Origin: Candidatus Thorarchaeota archaeon
GTDB taxonomy: Archaea > Asgardarchaeota > Thorarchaeia > Thorarchaeales > Thorarchaeaceae
Assembly: GCA_008080745.1 (NCBI GenBank)
Contig: SHMX01000001.1
Coordinates: forward strand, 270,001 to 302,000
Direction of reading: 5' to 3'
DNA length: 32,000 nt
Shown in pieces: positions 26,910 to 32,000 of this stretch. The notes beneath the pieces are model-generated. The model made no database searches, was not told the DNA's origin, and saw only the letters and a list, made by a program, of their open reading frames with translations. The translations under genes and the position numbers were made by a program. Each line of letters opens with the position of its first letter. The first letter of the stretch is position 1.

Positions 26910-27512
26910 ATGACAGATGTCATAGAAGCAATTGAACAAGAGATAGAGCGAGCAATTATCCGATCATTTGGTTATTCGATTATTGAATTTGAACCTGTAT
27001 TATTCCACAAATTCCTAATTGTGGCAGGTGCACATTCAGCTATTACTCCAGAGAAATTTCGATCACACCTTATGAAAATGCATTCTAAAGGGTATGTAAG
27101 TCCCTTGGAATTTCAAGGAAAACGTTCATGGCGAAAGCTTATCGTTGAAGATCAGATTATTAATGACTCTGATAGTGAAATAGAAAAATCAATTGCCCCT
27201 ATGGAAACAAAGAGAAAGATAGCTCCACCAAGAGACAGAGTAGTCACCGAATCAAGGATACTGGCAGATGACATGCTGAAAATAATAGAATCCAAGCTTC
27301 GTCAAGAGGGGTTAAAGGAAAAAGAACTGGATAAATTAGCTTCCGAGCATGTCCAAAATATGCGAAGAGCACTTAGCAGGTCGGAGGAATTATTCTTCCA
27401 ATATGTACAGGATGTGCTACCGACGCTGTTTGATAGCTTTGCCGCTCTCCTCAAATCAAAAGGTACAGATATTTTGCTACCCGCATTGCGATATTTAGAG
27501 TGCAGTCTATAG
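26910..27512 (+). CDS. Hypothetical protein, possible N-terminal winged helix and helical C-terminus
   Basis: 200-codon ATG ORF filling the gap between known genes. ITPEKFRSHLMKMHSKGYV...SWRKL resembles a recognition helix plus wing. Confidence 0.6.
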   Translation: MTDVIEAIEQEIERAIIRSFGYSIIEFEPVLFHKFLIVAGAHSAITPEKFRSHLMKMHSKGYVSPLEFQGKRSWRKLIVEDQIINDSDSEIEKSIAPMETKRKIAPPRDRVVTESRILADDMLKIIESKLRQEGLKEKELDKLASEHVQNMRRALSRSEELFFQYVQDVLPTLFDSFAALLKSKGTDILLPALRYLECSL

Positions 27513-27578
27513 CAGAGATAATCAATTCAAATGAAGAATTGATACTCAATTGAAGAGGTAGGACTTCGAAGTAATAGA

Positions 27579-28661
27579 TTAATAGCTTCGTTGAACCAAG
27601 AAGTTGGAAAGGGTCAATAGGAATTCCTTGGACTTGGGACGTAGAGGTGGATCAGCGGAATCAAGAGATTTTTGTCCCTCCTCAAGAAGAGATTCCATTT
27701 TTTCTTTCGCTGCCTGTAAAGCGCCCGAATCCTTGAAAATCGAACGAACCTGTTCAACTTCATCGTTAGTCATATCATCTTTACCAAGCAATGAATTCAA
27801 TACGGCTTTCTGCTCATTAGACACTCTTCTGTAGGATTCCAAGACTAACATGGTCTTCTTGCCTTCTCTGATATCACCATCTGCTGGTTTTCCCGTTACT
27901 TCTTCATCACCAAAAGTTCCAAGTATATCATCTTGTATCTGGAAAGCTTGACCAACCTTGATTCCAAAGTTACTTAGAGCATCAATTTGTGAGTCTGTCG
28001 CCATACCGATTGCTGCGCCAATAAGAAGAGATTTCTCAAAGAGTACAGCTGTCTTCATTCGAATCATTTCTAGATAGGTTTCAGGAGTAGGATTATCCTC
28101 ATAGACCATCATCATCTCAAGCAAGACACCATCTACAAGGTCCTGGAATGCATCCTCGTATAGTTTTAGACACCTTACTGTAATTTCGGGGGACATATGA
28201 GACTCGCTTATGGCTTGAGCTCCCAGATTGATCAAAGAATCACCACCGAGAATTGCCATGGTCATGCCAAAATCCGCAGCACGTTTTTCATCAGCATCGA
28301 TTTCCTTTTTATGCCACTCCCGGTAGAGTGCATGAACAGTTAGGCCACCCCTTCTGGTCTCATCGTGGTCAATCAGGTCATCATGAAGAAGAGACCCATT
28401 GTGGAGGATTTCTACAGAACAAGCTGCTCGATAGAGGTGTTTTTCTTTCAGACGCTTTTGGATAGCTTTGTAACCTGTTGCCACCAATACCGGACGGAGC
28501 CTTTTGCCGCCCCGCATTATGTATTCTTTCACATTCTCATAATACTGGACATGAATCTTGCTCAATTTTCGTACTTGTTCAATTTTCATGTCTAGAAACT
28601 CGTTCAACGCCATATTGACGAATTTCGCTTCTCTAGTCCAAACCTCTTCAAAATCTGTCAC
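27579..28661 (-). CDS. All-trans polyprenyl diphosphate synthase (IdsA/IspB family)
   Basis: GGKRLRP, first Asp-rich motif GSLLHDDLIDHDETRRG, MKTAVLF, and second motif FQIQDDILG..GK..DGDIREGKKT. GTG start follows GAGGGAG. Confidence 0.93.
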   Translation of the reverse strand: MTDFEEVWTREAKFVNMALNEFLDMKIEQVRKLSKIHVQYYENVKEYIMRGGKRLRPVLVATGYKAIQKRLKEKHLYRAACSVEILHNGSLLHDDLIDHDETRRGGLTVHALYREWHKKEIDADEKRAADFGMTMAILGGDSLINLGAQAISESHMSPEITVRCLKLYEDAFQDLVDGVLLEMMMVYEDNPTPETYLEMIRMKTAVLFEKSLLIGAAIGMATDSQIDALSNFGIKVGQAFQIQDDILGTFGDEEVTGKPADGDIREGKKTMLVLESYRRVSNEQKAVLNSLLGKDDMTNDEVEQVRSIFKDSGALQAAKEKMESLLEEGQKSLDSADPPLRPKSKEFLLTLSNFLVQRSY

Positions 28662-28776
28662 AGGAGCTCCCTCTGCTAGATGTCATTAATCCGGGAGATT
28701 CTATCTCCTTTTTAGGGTTTTTGAATTTGTCGAAGGGAACTTCTTGAAAAAACGAATTCAAATTAAAAGTTGAGAG

Positions 28777-28803
28777 ATTGATGTGTGATAATTACACATC
28801 AAT
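28777..28803 (-). terminator. 10-bp inverted repeat after pmbA, probable terminator
   Basis: ATTGATGTGT-GATAATT-ACACATCAAT, 6 nt after the pmbA stop. T-rich sequence follows on the minus strand (CTCTCAACTTTTAATTT). Confidence 0.5.
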
Positions 28804-28809
28804 ACTAAA

Positions 28810-30171
28810 CTATTGACCAATAATTTCGGTTCCATGAAAACCGATTGCAGGCAATACACAGCGGTTATGTACCTCAACCTCATTGGTCGATAGTATCTCT
28901 TTTTTCAAGCATTCATACATGTTGCCAACCAATAGAGCATGCTTTACTTTCGTGGTAAGTTCCCCATTCTCTATCAGTTGAGCATTTCGAATTTCATTTG
29001 AGAATCTTCCGGACATTGGGTCAACTTGAGGCCATGCAAAATGTTCAACATATATTCCTTTGTCAATACTTGAGATTAAATCATCAAATGATTTAGAACT
29101 CGCTTCAACCTCAAGATTCGTAACACTACAGGACCCGGACGATCTGAATGCACCATGAGCGTCCCGAGCATTATGTCTGGTAAGATTCCCTGTAGGTTCC
29201 ATATCTAACTGATATGCATTGTATGAGTCATAGAAATATGATTTGAGAACGCCCTTAGAAATAATCGGGGTTGATTGTCGGGGAATGCCTTCATCGTCCA
29301 CAATACCACTCATTAATCCGGTCTCTGACAAACCGTTATCCACGATGCTTAGACTCTCATGAGCTATCACATCACCAATTCTATCTTTCCAAGGACTGGA
29401 TCCGACATTTACTTGGTTTGCGGATGCAGAGAACCCTACCAAAGCGTAGATCATCTCAGAGCCTTCACTTGGAGCTAAAACGGCAACAACATCCTCCAAT
29501 TTCTTATCCATTGATTTTGCTTTTAGTACATCTATAGCTTGAGTACCAAGTTTCTTACCTATCTTTTCAAAATCAATATCGAAAAGATTTCGAGACCAAC
29601 ATCTCTGAACACCCTCCCCTACTTTATCTCCAATCTTGGACTTTGCAGTAAAGAATCCAAATACCATTGTTGACATAGAGCCCACAGAAACACCAAGAGA
29701 GTTGGATATTTCAGTTTCCAAAAGGCTAGATCGGAGAACACCATTTGGCACACTAACATTATCAGAAACCGATGATTCGACCAAGAGCATTGCCTTTTCC
29801 ACGAGGGTCTCAATACCAGCATTAGATGTAGTACGGTCACAGAACTGATCACGTTTTCCTGGGGTTTTCTTAGGTGCAGGTAGTGACTCGAATTTTTCAT
29901 CTTCACTACTGATTGATGCCATTGTTTTACCACGTTCAACTAGGTCATCTATGGTTTCTGATACCAATGTGGAGCATGTAAATCCAATACGTTTTCCTAG
30001 AATAAATTTGAGTCCGACGCCCATTTCCACTTTGTCATCCATAACTTTGGGAATGCTGTCATCAATGTAGACGCTTTTGGTAGTTGCCCTGACCATGAAT
30101 GCCTCAGCTTGGCTTGCTCCTGCTTTTTCTGCAGTTTGAATCACCCTGGAAGTAATATCACTCATATCCAT
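28810..30171 (-). CDS. pmbA: TldE/PmbA-family protein
   Basis: GASQAEAF, GVGLKFILGKRIGF, SIVDNG......VDDEG.P, II.KGVLKSY, TGN and SGRFS...G. ATG 30171 is coupled to the tldD stop and follows GGAGGTG. Confidence 0.85.
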   Translation of the reverse strand: MDMSDITSRVIQTAEKAGASQAEAFMVRATTKSVYIDDSIPKVMDDKVEMGVGLKFILGKRIGFTCSTLVSETIDDLVERGKTMASISSEDEKFESLPAPKKTPGKRDQFCDRTTSNAGIETLVEKAMLLVESSVSDNVSVPNGVLRSSLLETEISNSLGVSVGSMSTMVFGFFTAKSKIGDKVGEGVQRCWSRNLFDIDFEKIGKKLGTQAIDVLKAKSMDKKLEDVVAVLAPSEGSEMIYALVGFSASANQVNVGSSPWKDRIGDVIAHESLSIVDNGLSETGLMSGIVDDEGIPRQSTPIISKGVLKSYFYDSYNAYQLDMEPTGNLTRHNARDAHGAFRSSGSCSVTNLEVEASSKSFDDLISSIDKGIYVEHFAWPQVDPMSGRFSNEIRNAQLIENGELTTKVKHALLVGNMYECLKKEILSTNEVEVHNRCVLPAIGFHGTEIIGQ

Positions 30172-30172
30172 T

Positions 30173-30672
30173 TCAGCCACCTCCAACTATTATCTCTGCA
30201 CGCATATGTGGACCCCCACTTGAAACTGGCACCCAATCTTCTTCGCCCTTACCACAGGTACCACCTGAGAAGTCCAAGGTTTTACCTACCGCATCGACAC
30301 TTTGTAGAATATCTAGTACCTTTCCTGCTAGTGACATACCCCGAACTAACTGTGTTAGTTCGCCATTCTTAATGATATAGCCTTTCAACGCACTTGCTTG
30401 TACACCACCTCCAACGACATCCTCCATACCTGATGTGGCCTTGATTACATAGAGACCGTCTTTTGTATCCTCGATTATCTCTTCATTCTTCCAATCTCCG
30501 GAGTCAAAGAATGTATTTGTCATCCTCGCAAAGATGCGTCGGTTGTAATCTTGTGCTCTACCATTTCCAGTAGGATTCACACCCATAAGAATCGCTGATT
30601 CAAGCGTATGCATGTAGCCTGAAAACACACCATTTTCGATGATGGTTGTACGGGAAGATGGAGTACCGTTGA
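30173..30672 (-). pseudogene. tldD: 3' part of tldD metalloprotease gene, interrupted by an IS insertion
   Basis: NGTPSSRTTIIENGVFSGYMH, TGNGRAQDY....ARMTNTF and TCGKG...VPVSSGGPH match the TldD C-terminal third. Similarity stops abruptly at the element end, and there is no native start. Confidence 0.85.
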
Positions 30673-30732
30673 TTGAAAGTTGGACAAACTTAGACAGGGT
30701 CTAAGCAGTCCGTCCAGCAACGGCACTGGACG
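30673..30732 (-). ncRNA. Right-end hairpins; probable 3' part of the TnpB omegaRNA (reRNA) scaffold
   Basis: The minus strand reads CGTCCAG-8nt-CTGGACG, then GGAC..CTTAGAC-CCT-GTCTAAG...GTCC, then AACTTTCAA. The hairpins overlap the tnpB stop, as expected for IS200/IS605 right ends. The 5' boundary of the RNA cannot be set. Confidence 0.55.
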
Positions 30733-31999
30733 ATGCATCTTGTACGTGAATGATGTTTCTAGCCGCATTCACATCGGCATGAAAGTGCTCATCACATCCT
30801 GAGCAATAAAAGTACTCTCCACCTCGGGTTTCGGTGGTAGCATGAGCATCCTTGACCCGGACCCCCTTCTGTCCACACTGATGGCAGAGCTGGGAGGTAT
30901 GCCAGGGGTTGACGGTCCACACAGAATACGGACTATGACCTACCTGCTCCCGCATGTACCTGACCGTGTCGATGATCTTACCCCAGAGGTTGGAACTGAG
31001 GTTGTATGACAGGTCCTTGGACCCACCATGAGCCTGAAAGCTCCGGAGGTCCTCAAAGAAGATCTTTCGAACCCGATGCTCCTCGCATACCCAGACGGTC
31101 TCAGAGGCCACTGTTCGAGCCACCTCTCGGTCAAGACGACGAACCTTTCTCCACAGGGCATCGATGTGTCTATCCTTCTTGAGGATATGCCCAGGATAAA
31201 CCTGTCCTGACCGTTTGCGGTCCCAGTTGTTCTTCTTCCGTTTGGACTCTGAGATCAATGTGTAAGCCTGCTTTCGCAGGAGTTCTCGCTTCTGGATCAA
31301 ACGTGCAGCTCCGATGAGGCGGTCCACGAACTCTCGGCCATCCTTAGTATCTCGTTCTATCGAGATGGCCACAGGTGACCGAAGGCCTCGGTCAACTCCC
31401 GCCTTTGCGTCATAGTCTCGCTCCCCCAGAACCTCTTCAATGAGGGTATCATCGGGAGCCATGAAGGGAATCTGCAGGGTGACCCGTCGCCCATCCACAA
31501 GAATACGAGGAGGAGCACTTCGACGGGACTGACGCAATATATGTACCTGTTTCTCTAGCTCGGTTATCTGTTCCTCGTCCCGGTTCCGCCTGGCCTTCAG
31601 TCGTGCTAGGAGATGAGCTGCGTGCTGAAACTGGATGGTGTTTATGAGCTGGTGGTGCATGTCGTCAAATTTTGCTGCTCGAAATAGCAGTTGGTCTTTT
31701 CGCTGAAGGTCTGCAGTCTTCTCAGCCATCCCTCTATCATCATTCGCAGCTCGGGAGAGCCAGTTGAGAAAGCGAAAGCTCAAGGTTCGCTTTTTATACG
31801 GAGAGGCATCGTGGTCCCTTCCATCGATACCTGGGGGAAGCTTGAGATGAAGGAGAATCTCCTTGGGTCGGTCCTCATCCACGGTGAACCAGTACCCCTG
31901 CCCGATACTGTTCTCGGTTGATGCAGAGAAGTCGAGGGAATAGTTACGAAGCTGGGGGGTGGTGAAGGGATAGCCCTTCTTATCCCAGTGCTGGAGGAG
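30701..31999 (-). CDS. tnpB: TnpB/Cas12f-like RNA-guided endonuclease, N-terminus outside window
   Basis: RuvC-I AGVDRG, RuvC-II IFFEDL, Zn finger TSQLCHQC...CSGC and RuvC-III HADVNAARNI. The frame stays open for 39 codons upstream of the ORF-track GTG, to the window edge. Confidence 0.9.
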   Translation of the reverse strand, partial: LLQHWDKKGYPFTTPQLRNYSLDFSASTENSIGQGYWFTVDEDRPKEILLHLKLPPGIDGRDHDASPYKKRTLSFRFLNWLSRAANDDRGMAEKTADLQRKDQLLFRAAKFDDMHHQLINTIQFQHAAHLLARLKARRNRDEEQITELEKQVHILRQSRRSAPPRILVDGRRVTLQIPFMAPDDTLIEEVLGERDYDAKAGVDRGLRSPVAISIERDTKDGREFVDRLIGAARLIQKRELLRKQAYTLISESKRKKNNWDRKRSGQVYPGHILKKDRHIDALWRKVRRLDREVARTVASETVWVCEEHRVRKIFFEDLRSFQAHGGSKDLSYNLSSNLWGKIIDTVRYMREQVGHSPYSVWTVNPWHTSQLCHQCGQKGVRVKDAHATTETRGGEYFYCSGCDEHFHADVNAARNIIHVQDASSSAVAGRTA

Positions 32000-32000
32000 C

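Larger units (their letters stand above)
30673..32000 (-). mobile_element. IS200/IS605-type element (right end plus tnpB; left part outside window)
   Basis: tnpB ORF, subterminal hairpins and terminal TTTCAA. GC is higher than the host (single-line spot counts about 58% at 30901-30960 vs 37% at 13201-13260). Inserted in tldD. The end could alternatively be the second TCAA at 30669. Confidence 0.8.

Noticed and set aside
27537-27551. AATTGA-TAC-TCAATT palindrome between convergent genes
   Set aside because: A 6-bp AT-rich stem is expected by chance and too weak to call a terminator.
30673-32000. CRISPR-Cas12 locus
   Set aside because: No repeat-spacer array or cas1/cas2 in view, and the downstream sequence is an IS-type right end. 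The upstream side is not visible.

Overview
Archaeal chromosomal window: archaeosine tgtA, CofE, MtrA/MtrH homologues and GGAGGTG-type ribosome-binding sites are present. Gene content and protein style suggest an Asgard archaeon, probably Thorarchaeia (inference, not verified). Left part: a tightly spaced minus-strand one-carbon operon, metF - mtrH' - mtrA - mtrH - methanogenesis marker 14 - cofE, followed by larC. No membrane Mtr subunits and no mcr are in the window. MtrA has lost its membrane anchor and instead carries a tail resembling the MtrB N-terminus, and metF appears to need a CTG start. metV lies 4.7 kb upstream, separated from metF by two circularly permuted, membrane-anchored family-5 solute-binding proteins that share a 99-bp identical tract. 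Middle: hflX, tgtA, and an FbpABC/AfuABC-type ABC importer facing away from three surface-anchored proteins. These three share a GATase-like (DUF4350/GIFT-like) domain, alone or fused to a PHP or Zn-phospholipase C/P1-nuclease-like hydrolase. Right part: a hypothetical gene, a probable long-chain polyprenyl synthase, pmbA, and a tldD gene interrupted by a GC-rich IS200/IS605-type element. That element encodes an enlarged, catalytically intact TnpB-like nuclease cut by the window edge. No tRNA, rRNA or CRISPR array was seen. All family assignments come from motif recognition by eye; no database searches were run.
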